From Vicugna vicugna (lineage: Eukaryota), in the NCBI GenBank assembly GCA_013265495.1, contig MU058387.1:1364001-1428000 (forward strand): a stretch of DNA of 64,000 bases, written 5' to 3'. Positions 1 to 11,205 of the stretch are shown one piece after another; position 1 is the first letter of the stretch, and each line of letters starts with the position of its first letter. The notes beneath the pieces are model-generated. The model made no database searches and was not told the origin of the DNA. It saw only the letters and a list, made by a program, of their open reading frames with translations. Both the position numbers and the translations under genes were made by a program.

Positions 1-1559
1 TTCACATGAATTACATTTTTCTAGGTTGTGAAGTTTAAGTCAGGAAAAAAAAGGGTAATACAGTGGCTTCCTTTCTAGTAACTACTATCATAATTCTCTT
101 TGTTTTAGATGTTGTAGTGCCTGTTTTTGTGTAACTCATTATCATTAGGTTCCGGAAGCTCAGTTAATGTGTGCTTGCTAAATAATTAAACATACCACCT
201 GTTCCTCAGGACTTCTGTGACCTAGTATTAGTGGGTATATCCGTGTGTACACTTTAAGCAATTGATCTGATCAGAATTTTTTTATAATAGCTACTTCCAA
301 TCAGCTTAAGGTAAATCATAACCAGTTTGCCTGAAGCCTGAAACGAAAGAAGTTGCTTTCTGTTTGGCCAGCTTATAACACCATTGCCCACAGACTAAAA
401 GCATTATAATTTACTTTTAAATGATTATTATCAGTTGGTATCACTATATTTTGGTGTATTTAATAATTTAAAAGTCAGTACTTATACCAAGTGTTATTGT
501 TCATGGAATATTGAAATAGCACAGCTGAGGAAGTGGAGCTGAATATTGCATTACTGGTTGATTTACTAGAGATGAATGGTGGTCAAACGGAAGAGCAAGT
601 GTCTTTTTGCCAAACTGTGAAAGCAGAGTATGGAATTGCTCCCATGTAACTATGTAAAGAATGCACCTGCAAACGATTTAGGTTGTCATCCTTAATCTCT
701 GAAATTTTTAAACTAAATATTAATTATTCCATAATACCACATTAAATTCATCATAAATTTTGCCTTATGAATATTTTGAATCCTCTTACCTTTTTATAAG
801 TAAGTGATAGAGAAAATCTTAGGGATAAAATATTAAGTACTTTAAATAAGGAAAACTTTGGAAACACATTTCAAAAATTCTGTATGCCTTTGTAACTATA
901 TTAATAAATTTGATTTAAAAGGGTTTAGTCATGTCAATTTCTGTTTATATTCATGGGATTACACTGATGGCTGGATTTGAGAATGGAGTGTTTTTAAAGG
1001 ACATTGTGAACATAATTTAGCTTCTAGCTATTTTGTAATTGGAGAGTTCACTGCATTAATCAGATTTGTCTTCAGAGCTTGTGTAACAGAGATTACCATT
1101 GCTTCAGAATTTCTCAGAACAGAGGTCAATCTAGCCAAGAAGCTCTTTGAAACTTTTTGTTTTTAAAGTCTCCAAATATATTCAACACTTGAAGCATAAG
1201 TGGAGACTAAGATCAATTTAACTTTCTCTTCTTCAATTCACTTTCCTTTTCCCTTCCATCTCTTTGTCTTTGCCCCTCTTCTTGCTCTTTCTTTTCCTTC
1301 CCTCTTCTACAAGTAAATCTTGCAGAAAATGTGGAATAAACACATGGAACAGAAACAGAGATCCCTGAGCTTAAGAACTCTGTCAAAGTCCCATAAACAA
1401 GGGCCCAGTGTGGAGTGTAACTAATTAACCCTCATTCTACTGTCTTTAGCTTACCCTGCAGCTGAGAGTGAAGGTGAAAACAAATGCTGTTCTTGAGAAT
1501 GGATTGGGGAGCTGGGTTGGTCAGAATGCCTGCCATCAAAACGAACTTCTTCTGTTGCA

Positions 1560-1720
1560 TAGCTGCGTGACACTGGGGAAGTTGTTTTATCTCTCCCCAC
1601 TTCCATTTCCTCATCTATAAAGCAATGATAATACATGAGGTTTTGTGAGTGTTAAGCTAATCTACATAATCACTTAAACCCAAAACATAATGTGTGGTCA
1701 ACAAGTACTAGCTATCGTTA
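1560..1720 (+). mobile_element. MIR SINE fragment
   Basis: MIR core-like gctgcgtgacactggggaagtt...tttcctcatctataaag...gaggttttgtgag. Confidence 0.7.
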
Positions 1721-1835
1721 TGATGTTCTCATTTGTATTATTGATCTGTAGGAGCACAGGTAGGGAGATGGAAATTTCAGAAGACAAAATAGCCTGCCAA
1801 GAGGAGTCAGATTAAGAAGGTAGCATCTTTAATAC

Positions 1836-1978
1836 TCCAGTTCCTCACCTGGAAAAATAGAGTAATTATAGTGTCTACTACAGAGTTGTTTTAAAGACTC
1901 CATGAATTAGTGCACTTGAAGCATTTAATCCAGTGACTTGCACATGGTGAACACTTGAAAAATAGTTGCTATTATGAT
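1836..1978 (+). mobile_element. MIR SINE fragment
   Basis: cagttcctcacctggaaaaatagag...cagagttgtt...agcattt...cacatggtgaacact...tagttgctattat. Confidence 0.7.
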
Positions 1979-3547
1979 AATAGCAGTGACAAATAAAATG
2001 AAACAGACTCAGGGTTAACAGTGGAGAGACCTGGTCGCTATACACAAACTAGAGACAGAGAAACTCTCGAGGGAAATGCTAGACATGTTATTAAGTCTTA
2101 CGAAAACATAAAGAAAGTCATGATACTTATCTCCTTAAAACGTTTTAAGCTCTTCCCACTGTTGCATCTCAGTCCTTCCTAAATTTGTCATGTAAGTCCC
2201 GCTTTCACTTATTTTGTCATTGGCACACCTCCTGACTTTGTCTCCTCCTAAGGAATATTGTTCAAGCAATGACATGTTGGTGCCAGAGTTATAGTTTTCC
2301 CAAATATGTACCAAAATAAATGCATAACTATCAAAATTACAGATCGGTTCATCTGTGCACCAAGGAGTATCTTGCAGGATAGTATGTGTTCCATTTTGGG
2401 GAAACACTGGGACTAACACATGAGTTACTACCAGTACTGTTACAAGTCAGAGTCAGTCATCCCAGAAAGCTCTTCACTTAATATTTACGATAAGTGGATC
2501 CAAGAGCTTAACATTTTACAGACAGCTCAGACACTTTCACAACTTTTACTTACCTCATTTATTATGTATGTGTGTTTTATTATATCATTAAATATATATT
2601 ATTATATTATTGTTATGCGTAGTGTGTGCATGTGTGTATTTTATTACTTATTGTATTTATTTATTATTTTATTTATTTATTTTGCACAGGTAGGTGAAGA
2701 TCGGTAATTCTTCTAAATCTAAGCCTTAGTCTTCCACGTAAGACTCAGGTGAAGGACCGAGGCCGGTATTCCTAAAGTTCAACTCCTCCCCCAATTCCAT
2801 CTTTTTTTTTTTTTCTTCTTCTTAAGATCTCTTGAAAATGGAGGTAAAGTTCTGTCATTCAGTTCAAGGGGTCTAAGTAATTTTCTCTCCTTAGTGCTAC
2901 ACTTTGAGGTAGAGACTATTAACCGTTAGGACTCTGAGCAGCCGAGAGATAAGGAAGATGTACTGAGACAGGGACGCGTGTAAAGCAGCTTGTTAAAGCG
3001 CAAGCATCGCCTGTCTGAGCTCTGAGACTCACGGAGCTTTTGTTAACACACCTGCGTGGTTCTCTCTATCCCTAATGAGGCACCTTCAGGAGATGACTCA
3101 GGGTCCTCTCTGAACTCCCTGCCCTGGGTTGCATTTTTCATTTCACACATCAATCTGCTGCTCGCTCCGGTGATTCTGAAGGGCCAATAACCCACCAGAT
3201 CTTGTGTGCACATCAGCGCCAATCATTTAAATTCAGCTTCAGATAGGGGGAGATTCTAATACAAATTCTGAAAACGCATACACACTGGGGCCTTTACAGT
3301 AGATTCTCTTACAAATCCCTTCAGAAAGTAATGAAATTTGGAGCCAGAAAATAGCATACTTTACGTTAGTTCCTGACCAACCTTTGCTATTATATTAATG
3401 CCTCCTTGGGTGAGCTTCTCTTTTCTTGGTCAAACTTGAACTTAGGTTTACCTTAAATGAACAGTGTTTATCTTAAATACAAAGTATCTTCTTTGGTCAT
3501 GTTGGCTTAATGTGGCAACCTATTGGAGAGTAAGAATAATCCATTTT

Positions 3548-3581
3548 TTAAATTTTATTTTAGTTGAAGTATAGTCAGTTT
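3548..3581 (-). mobile_element. Ultra-short (34 bp) L1 3'-end insertion
   Basis: T-rich tail plus ttgaagtatagtcagttt (reverse L1 3' terminus) between 12-bp TSD ataatccatttt at 3536-3547 and 3582-3593. Confidence 0.75.
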
Positions 3582-3764
3582 ATAATCCATTTTAACCCTG
3601 TTTGTCCTTAACTAAAAATATGCATATGCTCTATTATTCAAAAGTGCATATTACCAAATTTGGTATTGTCTACCTAATATCAACATAAGTACTCCAAAAT
3701 AGTAAAAAAATAAAAATAATAATATTTTAAAGCCAGCAACCCCAAAACAGGCCAATTTGTGATT

Positions 3765-4161
3765 AAAAAAATAACTAAATGGAATGGCCCAGGCCCTCAC
3801 CTTAAATATCTTCTCCAGTTAAAGACAAAAGAAGATGTGAGGGGAGAGGGGAGGCTGGTTATTAGAGGTTATCAGGAAAAGTACAGTAAACAAAGATAAG
3901 GTTGCTTCACAGATTTAAGTTGTTGTCTTTTCCTTTGATACATTTCTAAAGATTTAGTCATTCTTCCCTTCCTGGTAAAATGAGGGAGACACCCTTACAA
4001 TTAGAGATTGCACTTATAAATGTTAAATGTCACTTACAAAAGAATAATTCTACTTTTTCAAAGCTTTTACTGTGTCTACTGTTTCTTAAAAATGATCAGC
4101 CTAAAATAATCATTATGCCAAAGAGGCATATTTTGGGATAGCAAGTTCTGCCCCCCTTTTA
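3765..4161 (-). mobile_element. MER34-like ERV1 LTR fragment
   Basis: Reverse complement aligns by eye with 17945-18469 (gatttagtcattcttcccttcctggt...gggagacacccttacaa); ends tatgccaaagaggcatattttggg, the MER34-type 5' end reversed. Confidence 0.75.
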
Positions 4162-4224
4162 GTGCACTGTATAATGTTGAGAGAACATTTTACCTCATTT
4201 TATGAATATCTTTATATTTTCAGA

Positions 4225-4735
4225 CAGTGTCACTTACTCAGTAGACATTTACCTTTTCTTTGCTAGCAGAATCCTGAGTTTATTCAAAAATTGGGTGACC
4301 ATTCCTTTCATGGAATCTCTTAGTTCTAGATAATGAATGTTGATTAGAATTGGGGCCCAATCCCAGAAAACCCAACTCAGTTGTGATAATTTGTGTAGGC
4401 AGGAGAATTTGATACAACACTCAACCCTTACATATAAAGGACTTCTTTTTTTCTGGGTGGGGAGGGGAGAGCATGGTTAAGAAATAATAATGGAAAAATT
4501 TTGTCCCCCTAAAACAGAGACATCAGAATTTAAAAATTCCTCTATCTGATCTTGGATATTAAAGTTCATAATGTGACACTTGGAGCTGACACAGTCATTG
4601 TTAACACATTGCTAAGCTACTATCCTAGAATAATCCACCTCCAGAATACATTTTTATGAGAAAATAAATATCCTACTGTTAATTTATGGTAAGATTTTCT
4701 CATATCCCAAACTAAAAGCATACTAATTAATTCAC
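4225..4735 (+). mobile_element. Old MaLR LTR (MLT1J/K-like)
   Basis: tgtgacacttggagctg...cacctccagaa...tgagaaaataaatatccta...aaaagcatactaattaattca. Confidence 0.55.
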
Positions 4736-4924
4736 TTTAACTTCAAGATTTTGGATCAATCACTGTATATTTATTACCTCTTTCCTATGCCTGCATGAAT
4801 CAGATTAAGCTGAATAAACTAAAGTTTATTTCTGTCTATATAAATGATGCTACAGTTTCCATGAATTTCCAGGTAAATTCTAAGTATTGACTTTGGGATT
4901 CTTTATTCTTCCACTTTATGGCTC

Positions 4925-5133
4925 AGCATCTAGAAGCATGATTTCCAACATTACTGAATGAGGAAAGGAGAGAGCTGGGGGTTACCTCAAAACATTTTAC
5001 TGCCTGAAAATGATGGTGACTTCCATTCATAGTCCACTGACAAAAACTGGACACATGACCTTGACTAGCCACAAGATGCTGGAAAGTATAGAATGGCTCT
5101 TGGATATTCACTGAGCTATAAAAACCTGTCACA
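4925..5133 (-). mobile_element. Old MaLR/ERVL LTR fragment (MLT1I/J-like)
   Basis: acttccattcatagtccactgacaaaaactggacacatgacc...gctggaaagtatag...ctgtcaca. Confidence 0.5.
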
Positions 5134-5384
5134 GTGAGTTTGGTCTGGATTTAGAGATGTTAGAAAGTAGGATTAGGAAATTCACTTCTCTTACTATGTA
5201 AGAATTAGAAGGAACTCTCCTAATTTCCTTTAGTTCTTTCAATCATTTGGATGGATATTTTAGAAGATTTAATATAATTACAAAGAAAGGGTTTTATAAG
5301 AAAATAAGAGAGAAGGCAAACTATAGGGAACTGTACATGTGTGTAGCAGAAGGCTCATAATGATGAAAGTAATTCAGAGTGGGG

Positions 5385-5590
5385 ACACTAGAGTCTGAGG
5401 AAAATTCATTGGGTACCAGCCCCTTCACATGCTAGCTGTGTAACTATGGGACAGTTGTTAAAGTATTTGAGCTTGGATTATTCACCTGCAAAATGGAAAT
5501 AATATTAATATCTGTTCTATAGTTTTGGAGAAAATGTGCTTCTCTGTAGAAAAATGCCCAATATATGTTAAACAATATTTTATTATGATG
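5385..5590 (+). mobile_element. MIR SINE
   Basis: ctagctgtgtaactatgggacagtt...ttcacctgcaaaatggaaataatattaata. Confidence 0.7.
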
Positions 5591-5650
5591 TTGTAAGCAT
5601 GGGTGTTAAATAAGTCTATCAATAATCTAAGCAAAACCTTGAGAATCCTA

Positions 5651-7219
5651 TGTGGCATAGCCATCTCTGTTGTGTGTTTTCCAAGACTGTCAAGCAATTT
5701 TCAATTCTCTGTGGACACTGAACAGGTGTCTTAGAAATTTACCTCAATTCTAACACTATTTGCCTAGAGAGTGTGTTATATTTCACAGATTAAGAGCTCA
5801 ATCCCACAAGGCTGCTCTCATGTTCAATGCCAAATGTAAGTCCATGTTGTTAACTGAGCTTCTAACAAACTACTATAAATCAGAGGGTCCCACACCCTCT
5901 TTCTTTAGTTCAATTAATTTCCTAGAGTGGCTCACAGAGTTCAGAGAAACATTTGCTTACACTTATCAGTTTATTATAAATAATATTGTTCACAGATAGT
6001 GAGATCCCTAAATTAGGAAGTCCCCCAAAGTATGGGTCATTGCCACCAACTGTGAAATAATTCACAGCAGAGGCAGAGGGACAAAGTGAAAAGCTGTTTT
6101 ATTGTTCAAAAGAGGAAAAGGAAATAAAGCACTTGAGTGGGGAACTGTCAGCCAAGATGGCCAGTAGAGACAGCTCCAGCTCCAGGATGGGCCACATAGA
6201 CCTTTATTGGAGACTGTGGCCATCATGTCCTCATTCCAGGTATGCTGGAGACAGTTGCCTTTTTTCTGACCTTGTATGGGCTTTTCAAGTTGTTGTCATG
6301 GCAACCGTCAACTGTCATGGAGCTGGTAGGTGTGGCATTTGGCATGCTAATACATTATAATGAGTATGTAACGAGACTTAAGATCCAATGGAAGTCAAAT
6401 CCTCTGCCATCTTGGGCCTCATTTGTTCTAACCAGTTCTTGGTTTTCTTTGTTGTTTCTCTTTGCAGCTCCTTCCTTAGATAAGAGTATTTGGTTTCCAT
6501 CTGAGGGAGGGACAGGGGTATGACCCTGGGGGCAATCACCTTGGGTAACAGTTTTGAGGTTACTGAAGAAGCAGCTAGGAAAGATATCTGGTCATCAAGC
6601 AGTTATCCAAAAAACAACTCAGGAATGTACATCAGACAGTGAGTCTGTGATTCTATTATTTATCAACTTCTTAAGCTTGCTGTTTTATGACTTAGGGGGG
6701 CCTAGGAGACTTCAGCTGTTCTAAAAATAAGAGGCAGAGTTTAGAGGTGGAAGAGTCCTACTTGATCTCAATATGAAAAAAGATACAGATAAAAAAAAGT
6801 CAGATGAAAAGAAATGTAGGGAGAGATCTGGACGGTTCCTGAGAGCAAGAGCTTCTGTTTTCCTGGAACTGGGGTGCACCACCCTCTGGCACAGGAAGCT
6901 CATGAATTCTCCTTGTTCAAGAGTTTTCATAGAGCTTTCATCTCCATCCCACCCCCCTTTTCCTGAGGAGGTATGTGGGTGGGGCTGAAAGTTCCAGCCC
7001 TCTAGCCCCATGGTCTTTCTAGGGACTAGCCCCATCCTAAGGCTATCTAGTGGCCCTACTCTAAGACACTTTATTAGCTAGAACTCACAGGTGTGATTGA
7101 AAGGGCTCATTATGAATAGCAAAAGACACTCCATCACTCAGGAAATTCCAAGGATCTTAGAAGCTTTGTGCCAGGAATCTGAGACAAAGAACAAATATAT
7201 TTCTTATTGTTAACACACA
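5651..7219 (-). mobile_element. MER21-like LTR, split by insertion 5987-6770
   Basis: caattctctgtggacac...tcccacaaggctgc...ctagagtggctcacagag...gggctgaaagttcca...caggaaattccaagg; the two halves rejoin across the TSD atat. Confidence 0.8.
5987..6770 (-). mobile_element. ERV1-class solo LTR (LTR8/MER4-group-like motifs) nested in MER21
   Basis: TG...CA termini; 4-bp TSD atat (5983-5986, 6771-6774); minus-strand AATAAA near 6100; gtcatggcaaccgtcaactgtcatggagctggt motif. Confidence 0.75.
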
Positions 7220-7810
7220 GTCCTGCATGAAACAAATATTTTCTTTTATTCTGCAAGTTTGTTATTTAGGATGCATATATTATACCTAAGAAGCAAAATA
7301 GGTAGAACTAATAAATGTATTATTTATTATATAAGTAAAATAACACGTTTTCTTTCTTAAACAAACATTTTTCTTCCTGCTATCCCTGTTTGATAGTTTA
7401 CAGTCATGTCAGAGCTTTGCCAATCAAAAGAGGGTAGCAAGAAGCAACTAAGTATATTTAAGCTTATATTAGGCAATTACAGAAAATGTAGTGCCATGGA
7501 AATAAAACATAGGAGATTTTCTCAATAAATAAAGTCTTGGATTATACAATTTTCTGCATTGTATTTCCAGCTTTTTGCAGTCCACCCCTAAACAATACTG
7601 CTAGAGAGATTCTGTGATATTGCTATTTTAAGCATGCATTGGCATAAGAGCACCTCTATTCTTCAACAATAATTGTATCAGAATTTGCTACGCTTTCATA
7701 CTTTACATACACAGAGAGCAGGAATAGCTTGAGTATAAGTCTTGTAAACCTTTTGTATTACTAAAGGCCAAGTTTTGCCTTTAATAATCTCGTGTGCTTG
7801 GTGAACATGA

Positions 7811-7854
7811 GTGTGTGTATGTGTGTTTGTGTGTGTGCCTGTGTGTGTGTGTGT
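7811..7854. repeat. Imperfect (TG)n microsatellite
   Basis: gtgtgtgtatgtgtgtttgtgtgtgtgcctgtgtgtgtgtgtgt. Confidence 0.9.
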
Positions 7855-7919
7855 GGTGTTGGTGGCATGAGTAACTGGAAGAAGAGAGGAAGTAGTGCTT
7901 GCTCCTCTTTTGCTCATCT

Positions 7920-8190
7920 CTCCATTCATTCACCAAATTCCTCCTGAACATTTATTATGTACCGGAAACAGGGCTAAGCATGAGATGACAACAGCAAAGA
8001 GGACAAACAGATTCTGTGTCTTTAAAAAGTGTAAAGTTTAGCAGCAAATACAAACATTAAAAAATAAATTCAATGAACTATGATCAAATTCATGGCATTG
8101 CCACATGTTATATGAATATTGATCTGATAATACAACCTAGTTTAGGTGACTTAGGGGAGGCTGCAGTGAGCAACAGAAATTTAACTAAAC
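7920..8190 (-). mobile_element. L2 LINE 3' fragment
   Basis: cattcattcaccaaattcctcctgaacatttattatgtacc...gctaagcatgagatgaca. Confidence 0.65.
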
Positions 8191-8884
8191 AATGTATAGA
8201 AGATAGATAAGTAAAAAATAGAGTAGGAAAACTGTTTCTACACACCAACACACGTCTTCTATTCTGAGACTTCAATTTGTGCATTTGTTATAAATGTGTG
8301 TACAGGTCTTTGGGCATGTGGTAAAGGAATTTTCAGCTAACCTGAGTAATTAATACCCACAAGGATCTTCTATCATTATCCAAAAAGTTTTATTTCTAGA
8401 TACTTTATGTTTTATACTCTGCAAAGTTTAAAAAAGACATGATGGAAAGTGGAAACTGACAGATATGTCTTGTGTGCTAATTGTGTGATCTGGGGAAGGT
8501 TTTTAACCAAGGAGATTTTTCTTGGTTCAAACAGTTAATCAACAGATATCGATTAAATTTTACCTCTGCTAGTGCTTTGGTGGACCAAAGTAGATGCCAA
8601 GGCAAATGACTAGCAAGAACAAGCAGACTAGAGGCAAAGCATTGGCTGAAAAAGGTGGACTGGTTCATGAAACGGGGCATTCATTGTTCATATATACTAG
8701 AGATTGAAGCAGAGTGGAAGATTAATGAGGGCGGCAGTAATAGTGATAATCACCAACAGCTGGATATTCTTCCAAAATAATGCAAAACACCTATTCACAC
8801 CCACTCTCTGTATTGATCTTTAAGTCAAGCCACATTAATTACAATTCCTTAAGCTTCTACACAGTGGAAGCCAATGCATTTTGA

Positions 8885-9020
8885 CATCAGTTCCCAAACT
8901 ATTATTAAATATTATTGTGGCCTTAAGTATGACACTTAAAGCATCTAAGCCTTGGGCACCTTATCTGTAAATGAGAATGCAATTCACTAGACTTATTAGG
9001 GTTTCTATGAAGTAAAAAGG
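8885..9020 (+). mobile_element. MIR SINE fragment
   Basis: tgtggccttaagtatgacacttaa...ccttatctgtaaatgagaat. Confidence 0.6.
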
Positions 9021-9323
9021 AATCAAAACAGATTCATCCTCTACATACACAACTCATTAAAGGCAAAACTTGGTCTTTGGTGATACAAAAGAAGGATTAA
9101 CATAGGTAAAAATATATATATATATTCCTTTGTCTTTTCAGACTCCTTAATATTACATGGAAGGATTAGGGAGGCTTAGGGAAAGGGCTTAATAAGTATA
9201 TACTGATTGACACTGAAGGGGTTTGTAATAAGCCTCCTTAAAATGTGCCACTTTGGCACGTGGATTAATTTAAGCTAAAGGTAATTGAGACTCTGTGAAC
9301 TCAGGAGAAACTTCTATTCCTCC

Positions 9324-10140
9324 TGTGAATGAAGAATACTGCAAGCCATATCAGTAAACAAAGAATGCTGAAATCATCAAGTCAACAGCGGCTGCCGCCA
9401 CCCCCCAGTGAGGACAAGCCCGCAGCCTGGCCTCTGCAGCCACTCACAGTGGAGTGCCCTGAGGGGACTCAGAATAAGAAAGGACAGCACGCTGGCCCTA
9501 GATAGCTAGGTGCTTGTCTAAGGAATGAATTCAATGAGCCCAAATGTTTGCTTCCTCCCATACATAGAAAAGCAATAAATTCTTTAACTTGAGATGCCTG
9601 GTTTTCTTTAGTTAACAAGTAATCTTTTATCGTTCCCACTACCTGGTCTTTGTTGTAAAGCTCCTATGTATCCTGGCTCCTCCCCTACTTCTTCGGAGCA
9701 GCGCCTCTGTTGCCGAGTCCAAACTCGTTCTGCTCGCCACATAACAGGCCAATAAATCGGGAGACAAAGTGTTGGGGCAAGGAATAGTGACTTTATTCTG
9801 AAAGCCGGCGGACCGAGGGGATGGCAGACTAACATCTTGGAAAACCATCCTGTTCTAGTCAGAATACAGGCTCCTTTTATACAAAAAACAAGGGAGGGGA
9901 TGTGGTTGACTATTGCAATCTTCTTGCTGCTGGAATTCTTTGTTCTTGCAGCCATCCCCTTGGACCAGGTCATGGTGTCCCTGTAAACTTCCAACAAAAC
10001 AAAGGTGGTTCTCTACTACACCTCAGAGCCATCTGAGAAGCTGTCATCCTGGGCTCTAAGGGCTTTGAGTCCTCAGAAATGTCCACCAAATAAAACACAA
10101 CTCTCTACTTGTAGGCTGTGCATATTTATTTCAGTTGACA
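9324..10140 (+). mobile_element. ERV1 solo LTR (tentatively MER41-like cetartiodactyl family) inside the 5' LTR
   Basis: TG...CA; 4-bp TSD ctcc (9320-9323, 10141-10144); AATAAA near 10089; homologous to 13246-13704. Confidence 0.85.
9708..10020 (-). mobile_element. ERV1 solo LTR (313 bp) nested in 9324-10140
   Basis: TG...CA; TSD cctc (9704-9707, 10021-10024); minus-strand TATAAAA near 9875-9881 and AATAAA at 9792-9797. Confidence 0.85.
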
Positions 10141-10278
10141 CTCCCTTAACTACCTAGAAAAATTTAAGTTGGGGATATTTCCAGAATAAAAAGTGAATGT
10201 ATCTTATGTCAACTTGATCATTAGACCAATGGAAAGAACCTTTAGAAGGTGAGAAAAATTCTTTCTCCTCAACAGTTT

Positions 10279-10296
10279 TAGTGGCCCAGACAGGAG
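10279..10296 (+). promoter_or_regulatory. Degenerate primer-binding site (tRNA identity unresolved)
   Basis: tagtggcccagacaggag begins 5 nt after the LTR CA end; resembles Ile/Arg-type PBS sequences with several mismatches. Confidence 0.5.
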
Positions 10297-10623
10297 ACTT
10301 CACCAGCTGGGAACTACTCACCCCAAATCTGCTACAATAGAAAGTTCCTGGGCCCTCGGCCAAAAGCTTGGAAAAGGTAGAATTAATAGCAAGCCATTGG
10401 TTATATAACCACCCCAACCCATCCCCAAGTCCTAGATCTCTACCTGCAGAGCCTGGTGGTAGCAGGCAGAATGTTGAGAGTCTTTTTTTTTTTTTTCCCT
10501 TTTCTAAATTTAGAATAAAAATATTTGTGGAACTAGCTTCTTCTGGTCTCAATGACTCTGGTTATTTGGTGTAAATACTCATGGGTTTCATTGATACTTT
10601 TCCTCCCAGAGGTGGCACCCTAT

Positions 10624-11205
10624 TGAAGGAGGATTAATAACATGGCCACACTTAGGCTACCAGATTGCTTATTCTTATGCTTGCCCTTAGAATGGTCAAC
10701 AAACCTGACCTATTGCTACCCACAGCTCCAGGCCCATTGTTAAAACTAAAGCTATTGATCTACTATTTTTATTTTATTCCAGTAACTGGAAGTAATAATC
10801 ATGCTTGGTCTCTGAGTCCTTCTCCAAGGAGAAGGTCACAGGACTGTAACCTTACAAAATAGCCTGAATTACCAAGAAGACCACGCCCTGAGTGTTTACA
10901 ACATAACGAGATCTAACTACTGGCCTCTAGAGAATTGGTTGCCTGGAGGCATCACATCACCATTCTAAGTCTTCTGATGAGAAAATGATTTTGTTGATTG
11001 TTATCAATGCTTTATTGTTTGAGCTATGGCTATAGAATCACCCCACCCCATCCCTGAGGTGAGGTCACAGTTTTGAAGGCACTAGCTTGCTCTGAGTCCC
11101 CATTATCCTGCAAAGTAAAAAAGCTGCCTCTTTTCTTCTATGCTCCAAGACCTCGTCTCTGCTTTATTTGGCCCCTCAGGGATGGGGGCCGATCTTTCAG
11201 CAACA
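10624..11205 (+). mobile_element. ERV1 solo LTR (582 bp) in the proviral leader
   Basis: tgaagg...cagcaaca; TSD ctat (10620-10623, 11206-11209); AGTAAA near 11114. Confidence 0.85.

Larger units (their letters stand above)
9214..10274 (+). repeat. 5' LTR of the provirus (interrupted by 9324-10140, centre deleted)
   Basis: 9214-9323 matches the start of the 3' LTR; 10145-10274 continues that match and then jumps to the 3' LTR end; terminates ...ctcctcaaca. Confidence 0.8.

Noticed and set aside
2640..2705. Truncated tRNA-derived SINE or splice acceptor at (ttta)n...ttttgcacag
   Set aside because: Only low-complexity sequence with no TSD or A/B boxes; too little to support either.
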